64,000 bases of DNA from an uncultured Bacillota bacterium (GCA_963804645.1 CAWDRG010000004.1:132940-196939); one strand, 5' to 3'; counted from the stretch's first letter, positions 49,892 through 59,741 are shown. Program-made: numbers and translations. The notes: generated by a model not told the origin, from the sequence alone.

Positions 49892-50074
49892 TTCGAGTGT
49901 CAACCTCCTTGGCGATGACAACCGCATCAACAGTATGGTGCTTGATGTCGGCACCGTGTCCGCGCGCCCTGGGGGCGTCAAGCCGATGACAGGTTGCAGC
50001 CTACACCGGCTGGGGCCTGCCAGCAACGCACGGAACAGCCCTGTCCCGATGCTGTAACCGAACCCGGATACGCA

Positions 50075-50329
50075 TTAGTAAACGTCTCCACGAGCGCCGA
50101 TGATCGCCACGTCCACCTTGAAGTTCTAGCCATCGACCCGGTAGATCATGCGTAGGTTCCCCACACATTGCCGCCATTGCCCTGGGCGCCCTCGCAACGG
50201 ACGCATGTCCCCGCCGAAGGGATTCGCCGCCGTCTCGTCTAGGACATTAAGAAGCCGACGCCGGGTGTCGGCGTCGGCTCGTTCTATATACCGCCGCGCC
50301 TGGCACGACAGCCTAACTGTGAAGCGCAC
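50075..50329 (-). pseudogene. RelE/ParE toxin with internal TAG
   Basis: LRGRPGQWRQCVGNLRMIYRVDG*NFKVDVAIIGARGDVY*; homology continues in frame past the stop at 50126. Confidence 0.8.
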
Positions 50330-50519
50330 GGTTTAGCTCGTCAAGTCTGGTGAACTGCCCTGCGTCGATCTCCTTGAGGGCCGTTTCCACCTGTTCTGCT
50401 TCTTCTCGCGTAAGCTCCTCCGGTGTGCGCATCGCTGCAACCACTTTCCACAAAACGATGACCTCACCGTCGCTGAGGTTCTCTATGAGCGCCTTGAGAT
50501 CTTCACGACTCGTCCGCAT
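50313..50519 (-). CDS. putative antitoxin of the adjacent RelE
   Basis: 68 aa, acidic, ELT.EE....ALKEI..G motif; overlaps the toxin start. Confidence 0.75.
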   Translation of the reverse strand: MRTSREDLKALIENLSDGEVIVLWKVVAAMRTPEELTREEAEQVETALKEIDAGQFTRLDELNRALHS

Positions 50520-50763
50520 CTCACCACTCACCCTCGAGTTCCAGGTCTTTGGTATCGTAGCACAGGTGTGTGAGCGGGAAGGCACCACAAATGGCGCCGC
50601 AAGCGGCGTTGCCCTGTTCGATGGCTGGGGGAACATCGCGTGCTGCTGAGACGTGATGACGAGTGTGGAGATGCGACAAGTTCAGGTATTATGGCGGGCC
50701 ATTCGGGTTACGGGAAGCTTTTGAACGCCTGACGGCTTGAGCGCTCTTGCAGGTGCTGTGTTG

Positions 50764-51027
50764 TCACAAGCGCCGGTATACTTGGCCGCGCGAACCGATG
50801 TCGCTGATATTGACGACATGAGCATCTGCATCCACCATAAAGACAATTCTGTAACTGCCTACTCGAGCGGCTCGGCGTCCTGGCAAATTCGTCAACGGCT
50901 TCGTTTGGGGTCCGTGGGGGTTCGCAGCAATCTGATCGATCCGTCGGGCGATTCGTTGCTGATCGTCGCGTCCCAGTCGACGGAAATAGTTCGCTGCCTG
51001 CCGGCTCAATTGAACCGGATAACTCAC
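50764..51027 (-). CDS. RelE/ParE family toxin
   Basis: KPL...RVGSYRIVF...IGSRGQVY motifs. Confidence 0.88.
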   Translation of the reverse strand: MSYPVQLSRQAANYFRRLGRDDQQRIARRIDQIAANPHGPQTKPLTNLPGRRAARVGSYRIVFMVDADAHVVNISDIGSRGQVYRRL

Positions 51028-51230
51028 AACTTCAGCTCACGCCGGAGGTCATCCCATGGGACGGTATCTCCACGCCGGATTTCCTCCTCACCTCGGGTGA
51101 CGCGCGCGCCTGCCTCATCGGTAAGCGTGTCGCTATCCTGCTGGAGCCAGTGAGCATAGTCCAGCAGTTCGACAGCGGTCTCATCGCTTAGAGTGTCCAC
51201 GATCTTACGGAGCTCTTCCTTTGTCGTCAT
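51024..51230 (-). CDS. putative antitoxin of the adjacent RelE
   Basis: 68 aa, GEEEIRRGDTVPWDDL; coupled to the toxin start. Confidence 0.78.
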   Translation of the reverse strand: MTTKEELRKIVDTLSDETAVELLDYAHWLQQDSDTLTDEAGARVTRGEEEIRRGDTVPWDDLRRELKL

Positions 51231-51405
51231 AATGATCCCTCTCTTTGCGAAGGCCGTACCGGTATGTCTCACGATCTCCGGTCAGCCGCAGTCTCTTCTT
51301 GATCCTACCATGTCCGACCGTTTCTTGGCGGTCGTCCTTGAACGGGCAGACCTTGTCTGGCGACAGAAGCACTGCCGCAGGCCGATATCTTGGAAGCCGC
51401 TGGCG

Positions 51406-52731
51406 TTACTCGACCGCGTCGCTGAGAGCGGCGAACGACTGGAGCTCCCGGCACAGCTCGCGGAACGACTCGAGGGGCAGGTCGTACTTCTGTGCCAACA
51501 GCACGAGGTGCCCGTCGCGGAACACGGCGCTGAAGCCGGCCAGGTCCGTCAAGATCGGTCGCACCAGGTGGTCGAGATCCCACAGCCGGTCGGGGGGCAC
51601 GGACGGCAGTCGATCGATCTGGAGCGCCCACGGCGTGGGCGCCGCCCGCAACGCCTCGTGCAGCGCGGCCTTGAAGCGCTCGGGATTGCCGCCGCACGTC
51701 CCGCACAACCATTCGTTCAGGTCGCCGCGCCCGAGCGCGTCGCCGCCCGGATCCGGCTGTTGCTTCGGGGGGACGAGCACGCGCCCGCGCATACCGAAGT
51801 GGCGCGCCAGCTCGATGCTCTTCTCGATGGCTTCGCGGTCCAGCGCGGTGTAGACACGATCGCATCCGCGAAACAACCGGTGGTACTCCGATCGCCACCC
51901 CTGCGTGCCGTAGAGCCCGCGGCACGGGAGGCCGGCCCGTGCCGCGCTGAGCGTGTCGGGGATGCCTTCGCACAAGAGTGCATACCGTTGGGCCGGCGCC
52001 CCTTCGTTGAACAGGTGGGCGTGGGGGCGCGACAGGTTCAAATATTTCGGCGGGCCGTCCTTGCATTTCGAACCGCCCTTGGCGTCGAGCCATCGGCCCT
52101 GGAGATCGACCGTGTGATGGCGGACGCGGTTCGGGAAGACGATGCGGCCGCGGAACACGTCCCGGCGGGTGCGATCGAGCAGTCCAATCTCCTGCGCGAG
52201 CGGCACCAGACGCTTCTGCTCCAGGAGCGCGCGCAGCCCGGTGCCGTCGCCCGCCGGCGAGCACCCGATGTGCCACTCGCGGGCGAACGCCTCCGAAAAC
52301 CCCCGCGTCTCGAGATACGTCCGCGCGTCCGCCGTCAGGTGCTGCTCGTAGTACTGGGTGGCGAGATCGAGCACGGCGGTGTGCGCATCGACGCGGCGCG
52401 CCTGGCCGGGCTTCGACGTCCAGGCGATGCCGTGCTTCTCGGCCAGCGCCCGCAGCGTGGACACATAGTCGGCGTACCCGTCCAGCTGCTGGACCAGATC
52501 GGCCAGGTCCCCGCGCGCCCCACAGCCGAAGCAGTAGAAGCGCTCCGTCTTGCTCTGGTCGACGTACACGTGAAAGCTGGGCGTCTGCTCCGTGCGGAAG
52601 GGACACAGCGCGAACGCGCTCCCGTCCCGCTTCTCGCGCAGACGGACGCCGTGCTCCTCCAGCACCCGGCGCATGGTGACGGCATCACCGATCTGCCGGG
52701 CCACGTCCGCGAGCTCAGGATCGCGCAGCAT
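51406..52731 (-). CDS. DnaG-like DNA primase (CHC2-type zinc finger + TOPRIM), truncated relative to host DnaG
   Basis: CPF.TEQTPSF, FYCFGCGARGD, YLETRG, FRGRIVFP, PKYLN and CEGIPD motifs; GGAGGAG RBS. Confidence 0.88.
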   Translation of the reverse strand: MLRDPELADVARQIGDAVTMRRVLEEHGVRLREKRDGSAFALCPFRTEQTPSFHVYVDQSKTERFYCFGCGARGDLADLVQQLDGYADYVSTLRALAEKHGIAWTSKPGQARRVDAHTAVLDLATQYYEQHLTADARTYLETRGFSEAFAREWHIGCSPAGDGTGLRALLEQKRLVPLAQEIGLLDRTRRDVFRGRIVFPNRVRHHTVDLQGRWLDAKGGSKCKDGPPKYLNLSRPHAHLFNEGAPAQRYALLCEGIPDTLSAARAGLPCRGLYGTQGWRSEYHRLFRGCDRVYTALDREAIEKSIELARHFGMRGRVLVPPKQQPDPGGDALGRGDLNEWLCGTCGGNPERFKAALHEALRAAPTPWALQIDRLPSVPPDRLWDLDHLVRPILTDLAGFSAVFRDGHLVLLAQKYDLPLESFRELCRELQSFAALSDAVE

Positions 52732-52771
52732 CTGTTCCTCCTCCGGGAGGGACACACAGGAACGTATCGCG

Positions 52772-53938
52772 TCACGACGCGGCCGCGCTCGCACCCTGAC
52801 GCGCGGTGGCCGCCAGCACCGCGCTGTAGCGGATGCGGTCAAGCTCGCCGGAGAGGTGGATGGGCCGGTCGGGGCCGCCGAGCCCGAGCACGACGGTCTC
52901 GCCCGCGAGCGGCTCCAGCGACGACAGCAGTGCCCGGCCCGACACGAGCACGGTGGCGTCGGCCGGCGGGTCGATCGTCGCGGGGACGATCGACTGCGCC
53001 GAGGCGGTCTGCGTCTGGAGGCGCAGCGACAACGTTCGGCGGCTGGCGGTGAGCCGAATTTTGGGCGGATTCGGATCCGTGCCGGCGATGACGAGCAGCG
53101 AGCGCAGGGCATCGATGAAGGCGGTGGTCTGGAGGCGGATCGAGACCGCGGGCGCTTCGAGACGGTCGAGTACCCTCAGGTCGGGCGGCAGGACCCCGAG
53201 GGTTTTCACGGTCACGATCGCGTCCGCGGTTTCAAGCGTGACCGTCGGCGACGCATCCTGCGCGTGCCGCGACAAGGTGACGGTCTCGGCCATGTGGGCG
53301 GCCCGCGCGAGGGTGGTCGCGGACCCGACCGGGATGGCGATCCGGAGGTCGACCCGCGCAGCGAGTGGCAGCGAGGCGCGGGCGGTGCGGACGCCGTCGG
53401 TACTGTCCGCGCGCAGCGTGGAGGTCGTCATACCGGGCGTCGGCACCGTGTACAGCCACGCTCCCCGTGTGACCTCAGCATGATCGTCGTCCTCTCCATT
53501 CACGCTGCGACCGTGCGCGTGCGCGCCGAGCTGCAGGAGGGTGGCGAACACCGGCCCCGCCAGCTCGAGCACCACGTGGAGACCGGGACGCAGCACCCGG
53601 AACGCCTCCGGTGCAGTCAATCGGGCCACATAGGACAGGTCTCCGCTGCTGAGGCGTGCCTGCGAGTCCGTGGCGTGGACCGTCAACCCGTCGTGGAACC
53701 GGGCCCACGGGAGCACCCGCATGAGATCTGCCGGGATCCAGACAGTCCCGGGGGCGCGCACGGCCGCGGGAATCCGGTAGCGGACGTCCCAGTCCAAGCT
53801 GACCACGTGCAGCGTCAACCGGTCATCCGCGGCGATCCACCCGCACGAAGCGAGGTGGAGCGGGTTGGCGCGGCCGAGCGCGGGGAGGATGACCCGCAGA
53901 GCGCGCTGGAGATCGGGCAGCCCGATCGATATGTTCAT
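52772..53938 (-). CDS. highly divergent beta sliding clamp-like protein
   Basis: 388 aa; STDGVR (ATDG.R), LGVLPPDLRVL (G.FP.Y..V) and three-domain clamp-like spacing. Confidence 0.65.
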   Translation of the reverse strand: MNISIGLPDLQRALRVILPALGRANPLHLASCGWIAADDRLTLHVVSLDWDVRYRIPAAVRAPGTVWIPADLMRVLPWARFHDGLTVHATDSQARLSSGDLSYVARLTAPEAFRVLRPGLHVVLELAGPVFATLLQLGAHAHGRSVNGEDDDHAEVTRGAWLYTVPTPGMTTSTLRADSTDGVRTARASLPLAARVDLRIAIPVGSATTLARAAHMAETVTLSRHAQDASPTVTLETADAIVTVKTLGVLPPDLRVLDRLEAPAVSIRLQTTAFIDALRSLLVIAGTDPNPPKIRLTASRRTLSLRLQTQTASAQSIVPATIDPPADATVLVSGRALLSSLEPLAGETVVLGLGGPDRPIHLSGELDRIRYSAVLAATARQGASAAAS

Positions 53939-54117
53939 GACACCCCTCTCACTGTGGGCGGGAAGGTGCGAGCCACCCGGACGGGTTTGGCGGAACGGTC
54001 GGAGACATCGCTCGGGCCCTCCGCGCCCCGGCAGGGCGCGTCGGGGTGCGAAGATCGGCGCGGGCCGCAGGGGTGAGACCGAAACCCGCGCCCGCGCGTC
54101 GCAGGCGGATCAGCGCT

Positions 54118-54966
54118 CTACGTGTCCACGCCGGCCAGATCGGGGCACAGCTTCGCGGCTGCGCGCAGGCGCTCGAGAGCCCGGCCTTCGATCTGCCGGA
54201 TCCGTGCCGGCGTCACGCCGTAGGCGCGTGCAAGACGCTCGCCGGTCACGACCGGCCCGTCGAACCCGAACCGGGCGCGAATGATGTCACGCTCGCGCGG
54301 ACTCAGGATCTCGAGCAGGGCGTGCACCTGGTCCCGCTGGAAGTCGGCCATGACCTGCTCGGCCGGACCATCGACCACCTCATCCGCCAGCACCTCTTCG
54401 AGCGGACGGTCGCCTCCAGTGGGGGAGGTCGACAGCGACAACGGGGCGGACATGGTCCGCAGCACCGCGGTGCACGTGCCCGGGTCTGTCCGGGCCTCGC
54501 CCGCAATCTCTCCAGCCGTCGGCATCCGTCCGAGCGCGGCGGGGAGACGTTCCAGAGCCTGGCGAATCGTACGCCCAACCGGCGCCAGATGCGCGGGGAG
54601 CCGGATCGGACGCGCCGTCCGCGCAAGCGCCGTGTGAATTGCCTGGCGGATCCAGAACGTCGCGTACGTGCTGAAGGCGACGTTCCGGGCCGGGTCAAAC
54701 CGGTCGATGGCCTTGAGCAGGCCGGTCATCCCCTCCTGCGTCAGGTCCTCAAACTCCATCCCGAACCCGATGTACCGCCGGGCGATCGAGAGCACGAGGC
54801 GTCGATGGCGAATGGCCAGCGCGTCCCGGCTGGCTGTATCCCCGCGCCGGGCCCGGCGCGTCAGCGCGGCATGCTCCAGACGCGTCGGAGGGACGACACC
54901 GGGCGCTGGATCGAAAGGGGTGAGGTGCCTGAGACTTTGGTCCAACCGGGCAGTGTTGACAGCCAT
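54118..54966 (-). CDS. sigma-70 family RNA polymerase sigma factor (regions 2-4, RpoD/RpoS-like)
   Basis: RLVLSIARRY, DLTQEG..GLLKAIDRFDP, FSTYATFWIRQAI, RPIRLP and RIRQIE..AL motifs. Confidence 0.92.
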   Translation of the reverse strand: MAVNTARLDQSLRHLTPFDPAPGVVPPTRLEHAALTRRARRGDTASRDALAIRHRRLVLSIARRYIGFGMEFEDLTQEGMTGLLKAIDRFDPARNVAFSTYATFWIRQAIHTALARTARPIRLPAHLAPVGRTIRQALERLPAALGRMPTAGEIAGEARTDPGTCTAVLRTMSAPLSLSTSPTGGDRPLEEVLADEVVDGPAEQVMADFQRDQVHALLEILSPRERDIIRARFGFDGPVVTGERLARAYGVTPARIRQIEGRALERLRAAAKLCPDLAGVDT

Positions 54967-55072
54967 CCATGACCTCCACGGAACCGCGCCATCAGGTTGC
55001 GGCGGGAGAGGCCTGGGGCCTCTGGCACTGGTTCTATGCTATTCGGGCGGTAAAACCAAGACATCGGGGGGA

Positions 55073-55168
55073 GGGAACCCCCCCCAGCCCACCACTGAGG
55101 GCCGCAACTTTGGGGTTCCCGGAACCCCAAAGTTGCAGGCCTGACAATCTCGGGAGGGGGGGGTTCCC
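55073..55168. repeat. nested inverted repeat (16-bp perfect core arms, 13-bp outer arms)
   Basis: GCAACTTTGGGGTTCC-C-GGAACCCCAAAGTTGC at 55104-55136; GGGAACCCCCCCC (55073-85) pairs with GGGGGGGGTTCCC (55156-68). Confidence 0.9.
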
Positions 55169-55815
55169 CCCTGGTAATGGAGGGGCTGATCCAGCACGAA
55201 AGGTAGTCGAACAACGGAACGCGCCGGAATGGGCGCCCATCTACATCTCAATATCGCTCGGGGGTACGCGCCTAAGGCCCCAACGCGTCCAGCGTCCGTG
55301 TACCTCCGCAGAGGTCACGACGAAAGTGAACGGGGAAAGCACCGTCGCCAGGCGGCGTGGCGCGAGACGAACGTGCAGCGCGCGAGAACGCCAGCACATG
55401 CGGTGCACATACGTCCCTGAGCCAGCAAAGCGCCGATGCTCGGCTGGCTGCTGGGAACTCATGCTTGGTGGTAGTGGTTTTTTTGTTGGTTGTTTGGTGG
55501 TGGTGGCACCGCCGCCATGACGATCCGTTGGGCAGAGACCATCATTGTGGCACAGAAGGATTCGTACCTGCTCATCGGCGACCACATCACCATTCTCGCC
55601 GCTCCGATCGTGCGCAAGAAGTGTTGGAGCGGTCCCGCACACACGATATGCGCTCACCGTCACGGTGATTTCACTCGGTTCGACGCGGCACCAAGCGATG
55701 GAGTGATCGCGTCGGGGGAATATGTCTTGCCTTTCCGGCGATCCTGCGCTCGTGAACAAGAACGACCGCAAGCGGGCAACAAGACGACCGAGTTCTCTGA
55801 CGCTGAGCGGTGCTT

Positions 55816-56379
55816 CTAAGGACGTTGTTTTTTGTACTTTGACCTGGCAATCTCCAGCGCCGCGATCGCCTTTTTCTTGGACTTCACGTTTTTGAATCGT
55901 ATTCGATGCCCTTCTTCCTGCGAATAGTCGACCAAGAAGCGACAGACACCTGCGATGATTGATTTGGGAACGTCCGCCACATCATCGAAGTTATCTGCGC
56001 TTTGAGCGACGCCTTTTCGCCGGTCAGGTGCGGCCAGGAGACGATCGTTCTCGGTGCCATCTTTCACTAGGCGTACGAGTCCCAACAGTCGACACTCGAT
56101 TAGACACCCTGTGAATGTCGGGAAATCCCCCAACACCAAAACATCGAGCGGATCGCCATCGTCCGCCAGCGTTTGCGGGATGAATCCGTAATCATAGGGC
56201 CACTGCAACCCGTCCGGCAGCACCATCTTCAGTTTGAAGACTCCAAAATCCGGCTCGAAGGCGTATTTTACACGAGTATTGCGCGGTGTCTCGATAATCG
56301 CGTGAACCAAGTCACCCCCACTGCCTTTCACCAAGGAGGGGATATGCTCAAAGTGTGTCGGATTGACGTCTCGAGCCAC
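55816..56379 (-). CDS. ppa: inorganic pyrophosphatase
   Basis: IIETPR, KY, PYDYGFIPQTLADDGDPLDVLV and ENDRL motifs. Confidence 0.92.
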   Translation of the reverse strand: MARDVNPTHFEHIPSLVKGSGGDLVHAIIETPRNTRVKYAFEPDFGVFKLKMVLPDGLQWPYDYGFIPQTLADDGDPLDVLVLGDFPTFTGCLIECRLLGLVRLVKDGTENDRLLAAPDRRKGVAQSADNFDDVADVPKSIIAGVCRFLVDYSQEEGHRIRFKNVKSKKKAIAALEIARSKYKKQRP

Positions 56380-56424
56380 GGTCGTTAAACCGGCGTTTTG
56401 GCGTGCACGCAGCGAATCTCCTTA

Positions 56425-56520
56425 ACTCTTGCTTACGACTGGTCGCCTTTTTTTCGCTCTTGCCGCTGTGCAGCTTGCCGCGCTTCGCCTCATGCAGCGC
56501 ACGATGCACCTTCGACCGTA
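56425..56520 (-). pseudogene. DUF6496-like small protein remnant
   Basis: KVHRALHEAKRGKLHSGKS.KKATSRKQ, lacking the AIAI tail. Confidence 0.55.
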
Positions 56521-56570
56521 TCGAGCCATTGCGCTTTCCTACCTCGCGTTCGCTAATAAGCATGATACCT

Positions 56571-56636
56571 AATGGTTACTATGTTGTTCCCAGCACGTCA
56601 CAAATGGTTACTATGTTGTTCCCAGCACGTCACAAA
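56571..56636. repeat. perfect 32-bp tandem duplication
   Basis: AATGGTTACTATGTTGTTCCCAGCACGTCACA occurs twice head-to-tail. Confidence 0.95.
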
Positions 56637-57273
56637 CAAAACGGCTTGTGGCAGTTAAACAGAAGTGCTTGGGGCGGTCGCGAATGAACTCGCGTCCTAG
56701 ATGCCACGGCGATGTCGGACGTCGCCGGTTTGACTGTTTGGCTTGCGGGTAAACGACTATACGCGCAGTTGGTCCTCGGCCACCACTCCATCGCGACCAC
56801 CACTCCATCGCGAGTCGATCGCGAGGCAAAGGGGGACTGAAGTGTACGTCTTCGTCGGAACACCAAAGATGATCAAAGCGGGCAGACCATTTGTCCTCGC
56901 TGATGGGTCAACGGTGACGAAAGATGGGACGGGAGCGCTTGATTTCAATCGTGCGAGAGCGATTAGATTTCGGACCTCGAAGCGCGGCAAACGGTTCCGA
57001 ACCCGCCGTGGGGACGAATACCTCGTGCATGCTTGGGCAGAGGTGCGAGGGTAGGCGACGATCGTGGAATTGATGCGGGGGTGCTATCGGACACGCGTGG
57101 CGGCACGGAATGGGCGCACGTCGTCTCGGCTTCGCCTCGCCCCCGCGGGGTTTGTACCCGACGGCGTTGGGTAACTTCCACGTGAAGCCTCTGACTGATC
57201 GCACGCGCGATGACAGGCGTGCCGGCGCAAGGCGTGCGCCGAGGTTCGGGCCACCGGTGAGGAGTCCCATGAC

Positions 57274-57715
57274 ATGAACGTCCAATGGTTTGACGGCATT
57301 GCCGTTATGCGGCTCGATCCCGGCGAGGAAGTGGTGGCGATACTGCGCGAGTTTGCGACCCAGGAAAACATCCGCGGCGCGATGTTTCAGGGCATCGGGG
57401 CCTTCGCCCGGGTAGACCTTCGCTATTTTGACATCGCCGAGGACCGCTACAAGAGTCGGCCACTCGACGAACAGGTCGAGGTGGTCAGCCTCCTCGGCAG
57501 CATTGGGCGTGACCAGGACACGCTGGTTGATCCATACGCACGCGGCGGTCGCGGACTCTGCCACACGGACACACAGCGGTCACCTGAACACGGGCATCGT
57601 CAGTCCGACCCTCGAAATTTTCCTGACAGTCCTCAACAGCACGCTCGGTCGCAAGAAGGACCCAGCCACGGGACTGGAGCTGCTCGATCTCAAGGCCACC
57701 CCGGGCCGGTCATGA
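57274..57715 (+). pseudogene. PPC/DUF296 domain protein, frameshift near 57530
   Basis: RLDPGEE, GIGA and EVVSLLGSI, then HTHA...GHL...SPTLEI in another frame. Confidence 0.8.
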
Positions 57716-57855
57716 TGCCCGCCCGCGCGCGGGCCAAGGAGGACGACGTTGGCAACGGAAACCGCTTCTGATGTGTGATTGGACGTCTTGGCGGCCTGGG
57801 GTCAACACGGTCGTGATTAATTAACAGACCCGCACACACACGGAGGTGATGCTAG

Positions 57856-58452
57856 ATGCAATGGACACGAGCGCGTCGCCTGGCCCTGATGCTCGCTGCC
57901 GTTGGCCTCGGGGTCGCGCTGACGGCGTGGGAGAGCGAGGCGATGGCGATGCGGACCGTGCACGACTCAAAGAACCAAATCATGATCACCGTGCCAAGCA
58001 CGTGGCGGATTCAATCGCCTAACGGCAGTGCGACGCTTACCGCGACCGCGCCGGTCTCCGGAACCGCACTGCCCGACAGTGTGGATGTGGTCGTCCACGA
58101 TGCCCCGATCGGCATAAATACGCCGCAGGCGTGTGAGAACGAGGCAGCGTGGGTAACTCAACACTTCGCACACATCACACCCACCACGGTCGCGAAGACA
58201 CCCACAACCGTCGGCGCAAAACCGGCGTACGCCTGGACGTACACGTGGGACGCCCGCACGGGCGAGCGCCGATGGAGCCAGCAGGTCTGCGTCCTGGAAC
58301 AGGGCACGGCGTTCGTCGTGACTGGGACAACGGACAATACGCCAGCGGCCCGGGCGTCTCGAGGGGCGGTACTCACGCGAATCATTGCCTCGCTGCGGAT
58401 TGTCGCGCTGCCGAAGCCGCAGACGAGCGGCCCGTTGTCGCCCTCGCGGTAA
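57856..58452 (+). CDS. exported PsbP/DcrB-like protein
   Basis: Signal peptide, ITVPSTW, TTVG..AY, AFVVT and IIASLRI; GGAGG RBS. Confidence 0.65.
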   Translation: MQWTRARRLALMLAAVGLGVALTAWESEAMAMRTVHDSKNQIMITVPSTWRIQSPNGSATLTATAPVSGTALPDSVDVVVHDAPIGINTPQACENEAAWVTQHFAHITPTTVAKTPTTVGAKPAYAWTYTWDARTGERRWSQQVCVLEQGTAFVVTGTTDNTPAARASRGAVLTRIIASLRIVALPKPQTSGPLSPSR

Positions 58453-58699
58453 GCCCGTCCCGCACCGAGGGATGAGTGACCCCGATGCGGGTCACGTCGG
58501 GGAGGAATGTTCGCATCGGCCCGTACGCGCGTTGGGCTCGCGGCGGGCGGCATCGGCGCACCGCGGGCGCCACTCGTGGCGATCCGACGAGTCGCACCAG
58601 AGCATGCCACGCGGGAAACAGGGAGCGCTGACCGGGCTAGTAGCCGAAATGGGTCGTCTTGTGCGGGTGGAGCGCTCCGTTCGTCGGCGCGAGCGGGGG

Positions 58700-59205
58700 A
58701 CGAGGGGCTGTGGTTGCCGCGCTCCCGAGGTGTCGTCCCGTTGTGGCAACGTCTCGCCGGGGTGTACGGGGTGGTGCTGAGCCTTGCCGCTTTCGCCCGA
58801 TCGGTTGCGAGTCTCCCGGCGGGGATTGCGGGCCTATCGTCATCGCGCCCGCCACCCCGTCCTCCCCCGGCATCGCCGCGGGCACCGTGAAGCTTTACAA
58901 TCCCCACTTCCAATGCCGCGACCGCGGCACCGAGCCGCGGTCATCCTCGATCATCGCGAATTTCACCCAGCTCTTCGTGGTCGTGATCGGAGCCCTGATC
59001 ATTCTCCAGGTCGTACGAAAATGAAAGAAGGGCTCGACAACAGCATCACGGTGCCTAACGCGAAAGCCGTACCACATGCGGTCCGACATGACATTGACTT
59101 CGCCCTCGTGCTCCCCGCGCAGGACATCACCAATCGGGGTGCGCTCAAGCACGAGTTCATCGAGCGGTTGGATCACCGTTTCCTGATGGAGGAGATACGC
59201 TTTCG
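58700..59205 (+). pseudogene. MscS mechanosensitive channel remnant (internally deleted)
   Basis: SSIIANFTQLFVVVIGALIILQ, ITVPNAK and LKHEFIERL..RF..E.I fragments in different frames. Confidence 0.5.
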
Positions 59206-59382
59206 TTCGTCGGCCGGTGTCTCGGTTCGAGCGAGCGCGTTGGTACTGGCGCGACGAGAAGTTGCCGCGGGGGATCGACCGCCATCCGGACGACGATAGC
59301 GCGCACCCACGGAACGCCGATACGGTGTTTGCCCGGTTGAGTGTGATGCCGGGGCTGCGGGGTAAGATCTGATCACGAGGAG

Positions 59383-59658
59383 GTGAGTCGGATGCTAGCC
59401 GTCAAAGACGTCGAGAGATATCGTCAGGTGATTCAGGAGGCGGTTGCCGATCTCGGCCGCGACGACGTGGGCGTGGGAGAAGTTCGGGAAGGCGACGACG
59501 GTGTGCTCGCGGTCGAGTTGCGCCGGGGCACGCATTCGGACGTGCGCGAGATTTCAGTCGAAGCGTTGCAGAACCGAGAGACCGCTCACCAGGCGGTCAT
59601 GAAGGCGATTCGGCCTCTGACCAAGGAAGTGGAGCAGGACGTGATGAGAACAGATTGA
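59383..59658 (+). CDS. hypothetical protein (91 aa)
   Basis: GAGGAGG RBS and protein-like composition. Confidence 0.6.
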   Translation: MSRMLAVKDVERYRQVIQEAVADLGRDDVGVGEVREGDDGVLAVELRRGTHSDVREISVEALQNRETAHQAVMKAIRPLTKEVEQDVMRTD

Positions 59659-59741
59659 GATCTCCGCGCGTTCGCCCAGCCGTCGTGTGGCCGGCCCGCG
59701 TTGGGGCCGGCCACACGCTCTTCTCTAACCGTCGTGATCAG

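Noticed and set aside
48270..51230. TA block as an integron cassette array
   Set aside because: No recurring attC-like RYYYAAC...GTTRRRY palindromes seen between modules and no IntI.
55104..55136. Palindrome as a protelomerase telRL site or intrinsic terminator
   Set aside because: Odd-length centre, no protelomerase gene seen, and no U-tract; kept only as an unexplained structure.
56743..57054. 103-aa ORF downstream of the 32-bp duplication
   Set aside because: No recognisable motif or convincing start; may be a gene fragment but cannot be supported.
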